58,849 nt of DNA, taken from positions 1-58,849 of the forward strand of contig JALGVE010000010.1 in NCBI GenBank assembly GCA_029820045.1, given 5' to 3'. The position numbers and the translations under genes are program-made. Positions 7,729-17,782 of the stretch are shown piece by piece. This DNA is from Candidatus Zipacnadia bacterium. Lineage in GTDB: Bacteria; Armatimonadota; Zipacnadia; Zipacnadales; UBA5352. The notes below the pieces were generated by a model, which was given only the letters and a program-made list of their open reading frames with translations, was not told where the DNA came from and made no database searches. Within the stretch, counting starts at the first letter, position 1. Every line of letters starts with the position of its first letter.

Positions 7729-8116
7729 TCGAGGCACTCTCCTCTTCGGACTCGGTGGCCCCATTGCCCCTCTCCTGGAGCCTTCTCTCTATCAACAGCC
7801 GCACGATCTGCTTGCGGCTCTGCGGATCATCGTGATACGCCTCACTCACCAGACACAAGAGCCGCCACACCTCCAGGTCCGTGGAGAGAGCGTAGCACTG
7901 GTAGCGCCCATCGCCGCGAGTGAAGGTCTCGAGGATCTCGCACTCCGCCAGCCGTTCCAGCGCAGGCTCGACCATCTCCACTGACCGGTGTGTGCGCAGG
8001 GCGATGCCCGCGGCAGTGTCGAAAGTCCGTGGGTTCGCCTGGTAGAACAGCGCCACGTCCAGACCCACGAGGGTCTGAGCGATGTCCTGGACGAAGGTTG
8101 TCACGCGCTGGTCCAT
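7721..8116 (-). CDS. Small winged-helix-like protein coupled to the KaiC-SBP gene
   Basis: 131 aa with TFDTAAGIALRTHRSVEMVEPALERLAECEIL HTH pattern followed by a wing. ATGAGTAA 8-nt overlap with the downstream gene. Confidence 0.75.
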   Translation of the reverse strand: MDQRVTTFVQDIAQTLVGLDVALFYQANPRTFDTAAGIALRTHRSVEMVEPALERLAECEILETFTRGDGRYQCYALSTDLEVWRLLCLVSEAYHDDPQSRKQIVRLLIERRLQERGNGATESEEESASNE

Positions 8117-8385
8117 CTCGGCTCGACCTCTACGCCGCGAACCAATGGCCCTGTCACTTCCAGTAGCACACCTCATCTATGCTTCGCCTCCCCTGTATCA
8201 TTCTCCTGCGTGTTATACAAATCATGTACCATCGTCCGGTGTTCCGTCCCCGCGCGTTAAGAGGAGGTGACGGGGGGTGTGTGTCGGAAGTAACCCGGTA
8301 CACTGCTCGCCCGTGAAGCCGTCGCCTTTCTCCAGTCGCGGGCGTGCCCTCGTCTTACTGCCTGAGACGCGCCAAGGGAGCTGCC

Positions 8386-11106
8386 ATGACAGGAAACGGC
8401 CAGGACATGCCGCGTGCTGAACATCCCCGACCCTACCTCCACCGCGGGCTGCGGTCAGGGATTGACTGGCTCAATCTCAATGGGCCCTGGCGATTCGAGT
8501 TCGACCCCTCCGATGAGGGTCTTGAGGGGGGGTGGTACCGGCCGGGAGAGCAGGAGTTCTCACGTGAGATTGTCGTACCCTTCCCCTGGGAGAGCCACCT
8601 CGCCTGGGGCACCGAGGGGGAGGCCGGCAACGACAACTGGTTCAGCCCGGAGGCCTACCTGGAGCCAGCCACGGTGACGGTTGAGAACTACCGCGAGGCG
8701 CCACGGCACACCGTCGGCTGGTATAAGCGATCCTTCCAGGTCCCGGCGAGTTGGCGAGGCCGCCGCGTCTTCCTGAACTTCGGCGCCGTTGACTGGCACG
8801 TCCAGGCGTGGGTCAACGGCGAGGTGGTGGGCAAGGCTGAGAGCGGCTATGTGCCCGTGAGCTTCGAGGTCACCCAGGCGCTGACCTGGGAGCGGGACGA
8901 GCTAGTGGTGCGCGTGGTTGACCCCGAGGATCACGGCCGCCAGCCGGTCGGCAAGCAGTACAACTGGTACACGCGCACCAGCGGCATCTGGCAGACCGTG
9001 TGGCTGGAGCCGCGAGGGGTCGGGTATATTGCCGAGGCTGTGGCTCGTCCCTCACTGGCCAAGGCCAGCGTCGAGTTGGAGTTCACGGTCATACCGCCCG
9101 AGGGCCGCGCGGACTGCGAGATCGAGGTATTCATCCGCCCCGAGGGCAAGACCGGCGTGGCAGCCACGGCACGCGAGAGCCTGCCAGCTACCGGAGGCAC
9201 GATCTCCCTACGAGTTGACCTGCCCCAGGCCAGGCCTTGGACGCCGGAAGCGCCCAACTTGTACCGCCTTACCGCGACCCTGAGCTGCGAGGGCGAGCGG
9301 GTAGACCAGGTGCACACCCAGTTCGGCCTTCGCGACGTATCTGTGTGTCCGTTGCACGAGGGCGGCCCTAACTACATCTGCCTCAACGGCGAACCGGTCT
9401 ACCTGAGGGGCGCGCTCGATCAGGCCTTCCATCCGCAGGGTGTGTACACGTTCCCGACCGACAAGGCGCTCAAGGCCGACCTGAAGGCCGCCAAGGCCGC
9501 CGGCTTCAACTTCCTGCGCCTGCACATCAAGGCGGAGGATCCCCGGCTGCACTACTGGGCCGACCGCCTCGGCGTGCTGCTCATGTGCGATATGCCCAAC
9601 TTCGGCTACGATGGTTACTCGGACGAGGCGAAGCAGCGCTGGGAGCGCACGACCGAGGCCATCATCCGGCGCGACTTCAATCATCCCAGCATCATCTCCT
9701 GGTGCCTCTTCAACGAGACCTGGGGCCTGGGCGGCAGGGATTACGCCGACAGCCCCGACCGACAGGCTTGGGTCAAGGAGCGATACGAGGCGGCGGAGGC
9801 GCTCGACCCGACACGCCTGATCGAGGACAACTCCGCCTGTCTCCACGATCACGTCGCCACGGACCTCAACAGTTGGCACTTCTACCTCAACGATTACGAG
9901 CAGGCGCGCCAGCACCTCGAGGAGGTGGTGGAGAACACCCACCCCGGCTCGGAGTTCAACTTCGTCGGCGGCAACGTGCAGGCCGACCAGCCGCTGCTGA
10001 ACAGCGAGTACGGCGGCATCTCCGCACGCGCCGGCGACCTCGATGTCTCCTGGTGCTTCCGCTTCCTCACCAACGAGCTACGCAAACACGAGAAGGTCTG
10101 CGGCTACGTGTACACCGAGCTGACCGACATCGAGTGGGAGTGCAACGGTATCCTCAACTATGACCGCACGCCGAAGGACTTCGGCTACGATCCGTCCCTC
10201 CTGCAACACCGTCAGTTCCTCGGGCTGGACTGCCCGCCCGGGCAGACGGTTGAGCCGGGCGCGCCGGTTCGCATTCCGGTCTTCCTGCGGCCCAGCCTGG
10301 AAGCGGCACAGATGCGTGATCGTACTACCTGGACCGCCAGCTTCGTGAACTCGCTGGGGAACCAGCGCACGCTGGTACGCCGCGCGCCGCTGGGGAACGC
10401 GGAGGGCGACACGGCCGACATGGAGCTAACTGCCCCCGATGAGCCGGGGCTGGTGCGCGTGGAGGTGAACCTCCAGGACCGCCAGGGAGGGCTCGCCGCG
10501 ATGAACTTCTGCTACCTGGAGATCCTGGGCGACAGGTCGGCCACGGAGTGGACTGACCACCGCACTCTTGTCCTGCGCAGGCAAGCCGGCGAGGCCAGGG
10601 CCGAGTTCGACGGCGCGGTCGAGATGGGCGAGTTCGAGGGCGGGGTGCACCTCATCGGCGGCGAGGGCAACGGCTGGTTGGAGTACGACTTCGACCTGCC
10701 GGAAGAGCCGCCCTCGGAGAGCATCGAGAGCGTTCGCGTCGTGCTGGAGGCCTCCAGCAAGCGGCCCGGCGCGCCGCAGACGGACGCCGACACTTGGCCC
10801 TCGATCCTACGGGTAAGTCTCAACGGCATCGAGATGGCGAGACGCGTTCTACGCAATCAGCCGGCTGACTCGCGCGGGGCGCTGTCGCACATGCACGGCT
10901 TCCAGGGCCGCTACGGGGAGTTGCTCCGCGTGCAACTGGGCGGCGAGGACCTTGCCCGAGCGCTTGAGGGCGCAGCGACCGTGACGCTCAGGCTGGAATG
11001 TGAGGCGCCGGCGGGCAGAGGTGGCGGACTTGTCGTCTACGGCTCGCGCGCGGGACGCTATCCCTGCGAGGTGCAGCTTCTGCTGAGCGTTGCCCCGCCG
11101 ACGTGA
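8386..11106 (+). CDS. Glycoside hydrolase family 2 protein
   Basis: EHPRP, WLNLNGPW, FGAVDW, SGIWQTVWLE, GFNFLRLHIK, RDFNHPSIISWCLFNETWG (acid/base) and NSEYGG (nucleophile). No signal peptide evident. Confidence 0.92.
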   Translation: MTGNGQDMPRAEHPRPYLHRGLRSGIDWLNLNGPWRFEFDPSDEGLEGGWYRPGEQEFSREIVVPFPWESHLAWGTEGEAGNDNWFSPEAYLEPATVTVENYREAPRHTVGWYKRSFQVPASWRGRRVFLNFGAVDWHVQAWVNGEVVGKAESGYVPVSFEVTQALTWERDELVVRVVDPEDHGRQPVGKQYNWYTRTSGIWQTVWLEPRGVGYIAEAVARPSLAKASVELEFTVIPPEGRADCEIEVFIRPEGKTGVAATARESLPATGGTISLRVDLPQARPWTPEAPNLYRLTATLSCEGERVDQVHTQFGLRDVSVCPLHEGGPNYICLNGEPVYLRGALDQAFHPQGVYTFPTDKALKADLKAAKAAGFNFLRLHIKAEDPRLHYWADRLGVLLMCDMPNFGYDGYSDEAKQRWERTTEAIIRRDFNHPSIISWCLFNETWGLGGRDYADSPDRQAWVKERYEAAEALDPTRLIEDNSACLHDHVATDLNSWHFYLNDYEQARQHLEEVVENTHPGSEFNFVGGNVQADQPLLNSEYGGISARAGDLDVSWCFRFLTNELRKHEKVCGYVYTELTDIEWECNGILNYDRTPKDFGYDPSLLQHRQFLGLDCPPGQTVEPGAPVRIPVFLRPSLEAAQMRDRTTWTASFVNSLGNQRTLVRRAPLGNAEGDTADMELTAPDEPGLVRVEVNLQDRQGGLAAMNFCYLEILGDRSATEWTDHRTLVLRRQAGEARAEFDGAVEMGEFEGGVHLIGGEGNGWLEYDFDLPEEPPSESIESVRVVLEASSKRPGAPQTDADTWPSILRVSLNGIEMARRVLRNQPADSRGALSHMHGFQGRYGELLRVQLGGEDLARALEGAATVTLRLECEAPAGRGGGLVVYGSRAGRYPCEVQLLLSVAPPT

Positions 11107-11235
11107 CGGCCCGGTTCCGGGCTGATTCCTCAGATGCTCGCGGGATTGACAGCGGCCCGGCTATTGACGCCATCCCTGTTGCCGTATGCTTGTTGCTCGT
11201 GATGATGCGCAAGATATGTGTGATCCGCAAGAACC

Positions 11236-11264
11236 TTGTGCGCAGTTCAAGCGTTTGTTACAAT
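11236..11264 (+). promoter_or_regulatory. Putative sigma70 promoter of the prepilin-like gene
   Basis: TTGTGC, 17 bp, TACAAT with extended -10 TG. Confidence 0.5.
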
Positions 11265-11342
11265 GCACCGTGCCTGACTCCGGGCGCAGGCCTGCTTAAC
11301 CAGGGCCTGCTACGATCAACACAAATGAGGAGGCGGACGCAA

Positions 11343-11984
<642 letters not shown>

Positions 11985-12008
11985 GCCACAGCAAACCCGG
12001 AGCAGTCC

Positions 12009-12044
12009 GAAGCGCGCGGCCCAAAGTCGCGCGCTTCTTCATTT
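12009..12044 (+). terminator. Intrinsic terminator after the prepilin-like gene
   Basis: GAAGCGCGCGGC-CCAAA-GTCGCGCGCTTC stem-loop followed by TTCATTT. Confidence 0.7.
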
Positions 12045-12185
12045 GTGCCGATGGAGGAGGAGGCCGTCCCTGAGGCGAAGCAGCCGCGCGAGTTCGCATG
12101 ACAGCTTCGTTCGGAGGCGCGGGACCTGTGCGCCGTAGCCTTGGCGAAGGTGCATCGTATCCCGCGCACTGGGAGGTAAGCAGCA

Positions 12186-13163
12186 ATGTCGGAGGTAAGG
12201 ATAGGTTTCGTCGGAGCAGGCGGGAACGCACGCGGTCACATGAGCCGCCTGGCCGAGCTTGAAGATGCAACTATCGTCGCGATCTCTGACCTGGTGGAGG
12301 AGAAGGCGAAGGAGGCCGCCGGCGAGTATGGTGCTACGCCTTACACTGACTACCATGCGATGCTCGACAGCGAAGAGCTGGACGCGCTTTACGTGAGCGT
12401 CCCGCCCTTCGCTCACACGGACGCGGAGGTCCTCGCCGCCCAGGCGGGCCTGAACCTCTTCGTCGAGAAGCCGGTAGTGCTGGACATGGACAAAGGCTTG
12501 GAGAATCTGGAGGCCATCAAGCAGGCGGGCGTGCTCTCCTGCGTCGGCTATCAACTGCGTCTGATGGACACGACGCAACGGCTGAAGGCCTACCTGGCGG
12601 ACAAGACGGTAGCGATGATCTCCTCGCATCGCTGGGGCGGCCTGCCCGGCACCCCCTGGTGGCGCGTCATGGAGCAGTCCGGCGGTCAACTCGTCGAGCA
12701 GACCACCCACCAGGTGGACCTCATGCGATACGTCACCGGCGATGAGATCGTCGAGGTCTACGCCAAGTACGCGACGCGCACTCTGGGAGACCTGGAGAAC
12801 TTCACCATCCCCGACAGCCAGGCGGTGATCTTTGAGTTCGCCAGCGGTATCCTGGCAACGCTTTCGACCAGCCCGATGATGACCCAGGGCGGCGGCAAGA
12901 GCGACGTTGTCTTCCTGCTGCGCGACCAGATCATCGGCTGGTCCACGACCGGGCTTAGCGTCACTCCCGGCGGTGATCCCGACCTTGAGGCCGAGCCGAA
13001 GGAGACGCCTAACATTGACCAGGTGTTCGTGAAGGCGATCCTCACGGGCGATCAGTCGCTGATTCCGGTCTCTTACGAGGACGGCCTGCGCACTTGCGAC
13101 GCCACGCTGGCGGCCAACGAGTCGGCGGCCACCGGCAAGCCGGTCAAGCCAAAGCTGAGCTAG
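12186..13163 (+). CDS. Gfo/Idh/MocA-family oxidoreductase
   Basis: IGFVGAGG Rossmann motif, VEKP, SGGQLVEQTTHQVD. Confidence 0.92.
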   Translation: MSEVRIGFVGAGGNARGHMSRLAELEDATIVAISDLVEEKAKEAAGEYGATPYTDYHAMLDSEELDALYVSVPPFAHTDAEVLAAQAGLNLFVEKPVVLDMDKGLENLEAIKQAGVLSCVGYQLRLMDTTQRLKAYLADKTVAMISSHRWGGLPGTPWWRVMEQSGGQLVEQTTHQVDLMRYVTGDEIVEVYAKYATRTLGDLENFTIPDSQAVIFEFASGILATLSTSPMMTQGGGKSDVVFLLRDQIIGWSTTGLSVTPGGDPDLEAEPKETPNIDQVFVKAILTGDQSLIPVSYEDGLRTCDATLAANESAATGKPVKPKLS

Positions 13164-13264
13164 CCACGCACCATGGGGCGCGAACTGAAGGTGGGCAGCG
13201 CAGATCGCGCGCTGCCCACAATGCTGTACCGCGATGGTCGAACGGCCCGGGCCGCCAACGACAG

Positions 13265-13314
13265 CCTCACCCCCGGCCCCTCTCCCTCACAAGGGCACTT
13301 CGGGAGAGGGGTGA
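13265..13314. repeat. Palindromic intergenic element CCTCACCCCCGGCCCCTCTCCC...GGGAGAGGGG
   Basis: CCCCTCTCCC (13277-13286) pairs with GGGAGAGGGG (13302-13311). Resembles a widespread dispersed hairpin repeat. Confidence 0.5.
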
Positions 13315-13597
13315 ACGACCGCGAACCCAGCGACCTCTTCCCTAGCCGAGGGCTTGCCCTCGGCGCGGCCTGCCACCCGTAGTCTCGCAGAGCGGGACAA
13401 AGGGTGAAGCGCATCCGCCTTCGCCCCGCCCGCTGGGTAGGCTTCAGGCTGCGCTATGCGCGTCGGCCTCGCACAGAGATACAGAGTGGCTGCCTCGGTC
13501 GGTCGCGGCCAGGAAGGAGCACGGCCGCCCTTCGCCGAACTCCCCAGGGGGTACGACAGGTAAGACGCCGGTTCGCCAGAGACTGGAGCACGATGAG

Positions 13598-15604
13598 ATG
13601 AGCAAGGCGCAAAGCATGATCCTGGGAACCCTCATACTGGTAGGGCTGCTGGCGGCAACCTATGTCGCACTAGGCCGCATGGTGGTGGAGAACACGAACC
13701 GGACGGTCGGCCTGGCGGTTGACTACGCAGAGGTGGAGAGGCTGGCCGCGGCGACGGCCACGGCGCCGGTCAGCGTGCTCCAGCGTCTTCAGGAGGCAGG
13801 CGCAACTCACCTGGCGGTCAGCGAGGATGACCTGCAGACCTTGCTCGGCCGGGGGCAGGTCGCGATGTTTGCCAAGGGCAACACCGTCGAGATCTGGTTC
13901 GCCTCGGCCAAGCGGCTGCACCAGGCAGCCGAGGCCCTCAGCAACAAGTTGCCCGGCGAGTACGCCGAGCGGGAGACGGAGGACGGCGACAGAGTGCTGG
14001 AGGCGCCGTTTGCCGCAACCTCCGTGCCGAATGTGGGTGTCGGCTATCCGCCCGAGGCGCTTGAGGCCGCTCGCAAGCTCGGACTTCACGTGGTCGCCCG
14101 ACCGCACTGGCAGGGCGTTCGCACCCCGAGAGCAGTTACCGCCACCATCGAGCAGGCGGCCGAAGCTGGCGCGCAAATCGTCGTTTTCACGGGCGATCAA
14201 GTGATCGGCCATCCTAACCTGATCGAGACCACCGCCCAGGCCCTCATGCAGAAGAAAGTAGCCTTCGGATTGATCGAGCTAGCGCCGCAGAAAGGCGCCG
14301 CGAAGCTCGCGGCCAAGCTCCACTACCGAGTCGTGCGCGTGCATAGCGTTACTGAGCCGGAGATGCACACCATCTTGCCCCAGCGCGCCGTTGAGCGTTT
14401 CGTGCGGGCCGCAAGGGAACGCGAGGTGCGGCTGCTTTACCTGAGGCTCCTGCCGGGCGCCGAGGACCAGCCGGCCAAGGCTAACGCGACCTATGTGACC
14501 GCCATCAGGGAGGGCCTCAAGGACCACGGGCTGCAGACCGGGGCGCCGCGACCGTTGGCGGACTTCGGAACGCCCCCCTGGCTCCTGGCGTTGGTCTTGT
14601 TAGGCGCATGGGGCGGCGCGCTGTGGCTCATGCAGGCCCTCTTCGGGCTACCGCCGGAGTATTTCTGGGTGCTCACGTTGCTGGCGGTTGTCGGCGGATC
14701 GGCCGGGGCCTACGTGGCCGACGACCTGGCCCGCTCGTTGGGCGCCCTGACAGCGGCCACCGTCTTCCCGCTCCTAGCCGTGCTGTACGCGGCGCAGAGC
14801 ACCACCCCCACCTCCAACTGGCGACCTCGCCTGCTCCACGCCCTGGGCCCGCTGCTAGGCGGGTTCCTCAAGGTGTCGGTCATCACCGCCTTCGGCGGGC
14901 TGCTGGTGGTGGGTGCGCTGGGGGACTCAAGCTACCTGGTGAAAGTCGCGCAGTTCCGCGGGGTGAAGCTGGCTCAGGTCATTCCTCTCGCGGTTGTGGC
15001 ACTGGTCTGGCTGGCGCGCTCCACCGGGGCCTACCGCAACGCAACCCCGGAGGAGGGACCTGACCTCCTGGACCGGCGTAGCGGCATCACACGGCCTGAG
15101 TGGCCGGCGCTCTGGCCCGGTCTGCGCGAGGCCTTCAGTGAGTTCGTCGCCTACTGGCACGTGGCCGCCGCCGTGGTGGGGCTGGCGCTTCTAGGGCTGC
15201 TCATCGTGCGTTCGGGCAACGAAGCGGCCGGTGCTATTCTCCCCGGCGAGCTTCAGTTCCGGGCCTTGCTGGACAAGCTCCTCGTGGTGCGGCCGCGCAC
15301 CAAGGAGGTCTTCCTCGGGCACCCGGTTATGATACTCACTCTGCTGCTCGCGCTGCGGGGCGCGCGTCGGGGCCTGTGGGTCGGGTTCGCGCTTGGCACC
15401 ATCGGACAGATCTCGATTCTCAACTCATGCTGCCATCTGCACACACCGCTGCTGCTGACACTGGTCCGCATCTTCAACGGTCTCTGGTTGGGCGCGCTTG
15501 CCGGGATCGTTCTGTGCACCATCTGGGACCTGCTGAAGCTCCCGCCGCGGCCGGACCGAGCCGCCGAGCCAGCGATGCCGCCCGATGATGAGGACCAGGG
15601 ATGA
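13598..15604 (+). CDS. DUF5693-family membrane protein
   Basis: [53 protein letters not shown], multiple TM segments. 4-nt overlap with csaB. Confidence 0.88.
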   Translation: MSKAQSMILGTLILVGLLAATYVALGRMVVENTNRTVGLAVDYAEVERLAAATATAPVSVLQRLQEAGATHLAVSEDDLQTLLGRGQVAMFAKGNTVEIWFASAKRLHQAAEALSNKLPGEYAERETEDGDRVLEAPFAATSVPNVGVGYPPEALEAARKLGLHVVARPHWQGVRTPRAVTATIEQAAEAGAQIVVFTGDQVIGHPNLIETTAQALMQKKVAFGLIELAPQKGAAKLAAKLHYRVVRVHSVTEPEMHTILPQRAVERFVRAAREREVRLLYLRLLPGAEDQPAKANATYVTAIREGLKDHGLQTGAPRPLADFGTPPWLLALVLLGAWGGALWLMQALFGLPPEYFWVLTLLAVVGGSAGAYVADDLARSLGALTAATVFPLLAVLYAAQSTTPTSNWRPRLLHALGPLLGGFLKVSVITAFGGLLVVGALGDSSYLVKVAQFRGVKLAQVIPLAVVALVWLARSTGAYRNATPEEGPDLLDRRSGITRPEWPALWPGLREAFSEFVAYWHVAAAVVGLALLGLLIVRSGNEAAGAILPGELQFRALLDKLLVVRPRTKEVFLGHPVMILTLLLALRGARRGLWVGFALGTIGQISILNSCCHLHTPLLLTLVRIFNGLWLGALAGIVLCTIWDLLKLPPRPDRAAEPAMPPDDEDQG

Positions 15605-16683
15605 CAATAGCCCTCTCAGGATACTACGGGTTTGGCAACGCCGGCGACGAGGCTATCCTGGCGGCCACCCTCGCCGGCCTGCGACGGCGCTTGCCCGAAG
15701 CTCAATTCGTGGTCCTCTCCGGCAACCCGCCAGCCACTGAAGCAGAGCATCAGGTGGAGGCATACCCCCGCTGGCGGCCGGCCAGCATCTGGCGCACTGT
15801 GCGCAAGGCCGACTTGCTTGTCTCAGGCGGCGGCGGCCTGCTGCAGAACAGCACCAGCGCACGCTCACTGATGTACTACCTCACGGTGCTGAAGGCCGCC
15901 TGGTTCGCGCGCACGCCCTACGTCATTTTCGCCCAAGGAGTAGGGCCGCTGCGAGGTTGGCTCGCGCGCTGGGGCACGGCGTTCTGGGCCCGGCGCGCGG
16001 TCGCCATCACCGTGCGCGATGAGGCGTCCGTGCAGTTGCTGCAAGAGATCGGCATTCCCGTCGAGCGCATTGAGCTAACGGCTGACCCGGCTCTGACGCT
16101 CCAGCCGCCGCCACCGGAACAGGTCCAGGAGGTGCTCGGCAGCGCCGGTATCACAGAGGACCGGCCGCTGCTCGGCCTGGCGGTCAGGCAGTGGAAGGAC
16201 CAGCAGATGGCGGTTGAGGGCATGGCGGAAGCCGCCCGGCGCGCTGTGGATGAGCTGGATGTGCAACCCATCGCGCTGCCCTTTCAGCCGGCACAAGACC
16301 TCGAGGTCTGCCGCTCGCTCGCTGCGATGATCCCGGGCTGCGTGGTGCTCGACGCGCCCCTGCGGCCGGCGGAACTGATGGCAGTCGTTGGCCGCCTGGA
16401 CATGCTCCTGGCAATGCGGCTGCACGCCCTCATCTTCGCAGCAGCGCAGGCCGTGCCGGCCGTAGGCCTCGTCTATGACCCAAAGATCAGAGCATTCTGC
16501 GAGCAGGCAGGACAACCGTCGGTGGAGGCCGCCGCGCCCGCTGACCTCAGCGACGTCCTCCAGCAGGCGTGGTCCTCCCAGGCTGAGAGCACGCAGGACC
16601 GAGGCCGGCGCGCAGAGCAGCTACGAGCGCGCGCGGAGCGCAACTTCGAGGTCGTGGCGGAACTTGCCCGGGCGCTGAGGTAG
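15601..16683 (+). CDS. csaB: Polysaccharide pyruvyl transferase CsaB
   Basis: [55 protein letters not shown]. Confidence 0.93.
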   Translation: MTIALSGYYGFGNAGDEAILAATLAGLRRRLPEAQFVVLSGNPPATEAEHQVEAYPRWRPASIWRTVRKADLLVSGGGGLLQNSTSARSLMYYLTVLKAAWFARTPYVIFAQGVGPLRGWLARWGTAFWARRAVAITVRDEASVQLLQEIGIPVERIELTADPALTLQPPPPEQVQEVLGSAGITEDRPLLGLAVRQWKDQQMAVEGMAEAARRAVDELDVQPIALPFQPAQDLEVCRSLAAMIPGCVVLDAPLRPAELMAVVGRLDMLLAMRLHALIFAAAQAVPAVGLVYDPKIRAFCEQAGQPSVEAAAPADLSDVLQQAWSSQAESTQDRGRRAEQLRARAERNFEVVAELARALR

Positions 16684-16710
16684 CGGCCGCCAACAGGCCC
16701 GGGCAGCACG

Positions 16711-16733
16711 GGGGCGGGCTTCCAGCCCGCCCC
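16711..16733. repeat. REP-like hairpin
   Basis: GGGGCGGGCT-TCC-AGCCCGCCCC, related to the CGGGCTTTC(T/C)AGCCCG family elsewhere in the window. Confidence 0.6.
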
Positions 16734-16826
16734 CAACGGCAAGCGCCGCCGGCGCCCTGCGAATGCAGGGCGCTGCCGGACTTCGTCCGGCCCGCAAGCC
16801 CCCAGGCTTGCGGCGGCGCTTGCCGT

Positions 16827-16850
16827 GCGATCCCGCTTACGCGGGATCGC
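16827..16850. repeat. Palindrome GCGATCCCGC-N4-GCGGGATCGC
   Basis: Perfect 10-bp arms. The same arms recur at 51268-51291. Confidence 0.7.
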
Positions 16851-17276
16851 GTGCTGCCCGCAAGTTAGCGAAATAAGCAATACGGAGCTGGCGACGACGC
16901 AAGTAGACACCGCACGGGAGATGCGGGGTCTTCTCGGCCGGTGATTTGCCCAGTGGGCCTGCGGATAGGGAGGGGGAGCCGGCCGGCGCCCGGGATGGTA
17001 TCCCGCGCCTCCGAACGGTATTGTCGAGCGCAACCTAGTATTCGCTTGCGTAGCAAAGCGTCAGGTCGCACAAGGACGTCCGTATGATGGAGCGGCCGCC
17101 TGAGCGCGTCTGTCGCGCGCGCAGACGCCGCGTCTGCGCGAGACGCGCGAAGCCGGCCCGCCGTATGCGCTAAGGGCCGAGTTCGGCCCTTCGGGCCTCA
17201 CGCGGCCCTCCCAACGACTCGGACCGGTCCCGCTCAGCGGGCGGGACGATGTCCCGCGGAACTACGCGAGTAGGCA

Positions 17277-17480
17277 CTAGTGTCCGGCCTGTGCGCGAAC
17301 CGCTGCGGAAGGCGAACTGCGGACGGCCCCGAGCCTCTTGGCCAGCACTGTAGCTGCGAGCACTTGCGCCGGGATGATGACGACTGAGAACACTTCGTGG
17401 GCGGCGCGCACTAAGGCTAACAGCGCCCCCACGCCGAAGTAGAGGGCGCAGAAGGCGATGACATCGAGCGCGTTACGCAT
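17277..17480 (-). CDS. Small hydrophobic (membrane) protein, 67 aa
   Basis: AGGAGG RBS 6 nt before ATG 17480. Two hydrophobic stretches (VIAFCALYFGVGALLALV, VFSVVIIPAQVLAATVLA). Confidence 0.55.
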   Translation of the reverse strand: MRNALDVIAFCALYFGVGALLALVRAAHEVFSVVIIPAQVLAATVLAKRLGAVRSSPSAAVRAQAGH

Positions 17481-17782
17481 CGTCGGCCTCCTATCTCTGC
17501 CGACAGCGTTTGAGCACCGAACGCGCCCGGAAGCACGACGAGCGGCGGAGGTCGCCCCCGGACAGGGGGAGGCTACGCGACCTCGGTGAAGTCGGACGGG
17601 CCACGGCATCCGCGCCTCGAGCCCTCCTGGGAGGTTGTCTCCCCGCGTTTTGCCTGGTAGAGTTACCCAGGCAGCCCGGGCCGTAAACGGAGCGCGAGCA
17701 ACAGAATCGTAACGATGCAACGGCCCGCCACGGGCGAAGGGCGCCGCCTGTTGCGAGATCACACATGGAGGTACTGAAAGCC

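Noticed and set aside
5101-8116. Canonical kaiABC circadian clock
   Set aside because: No KaiA or KaiB in the window, the T432 equivalent is absent, and the C-terminal tail is replaced by an SBP domain.
11103-11342. N-terminal extension of the prepilin-like ORF
   Set aside because: A promoter-like sequence and a strong RBS point to ATG 11343, giving a normal short prepilin leader.
17490-17760. Riboswitch in the structured intergenic region
   Set aside because: Hairpins are present, but I could not match TPP, cobalamin, SAM or c-di-GMP consensus elements. It needs an Infernal scan.
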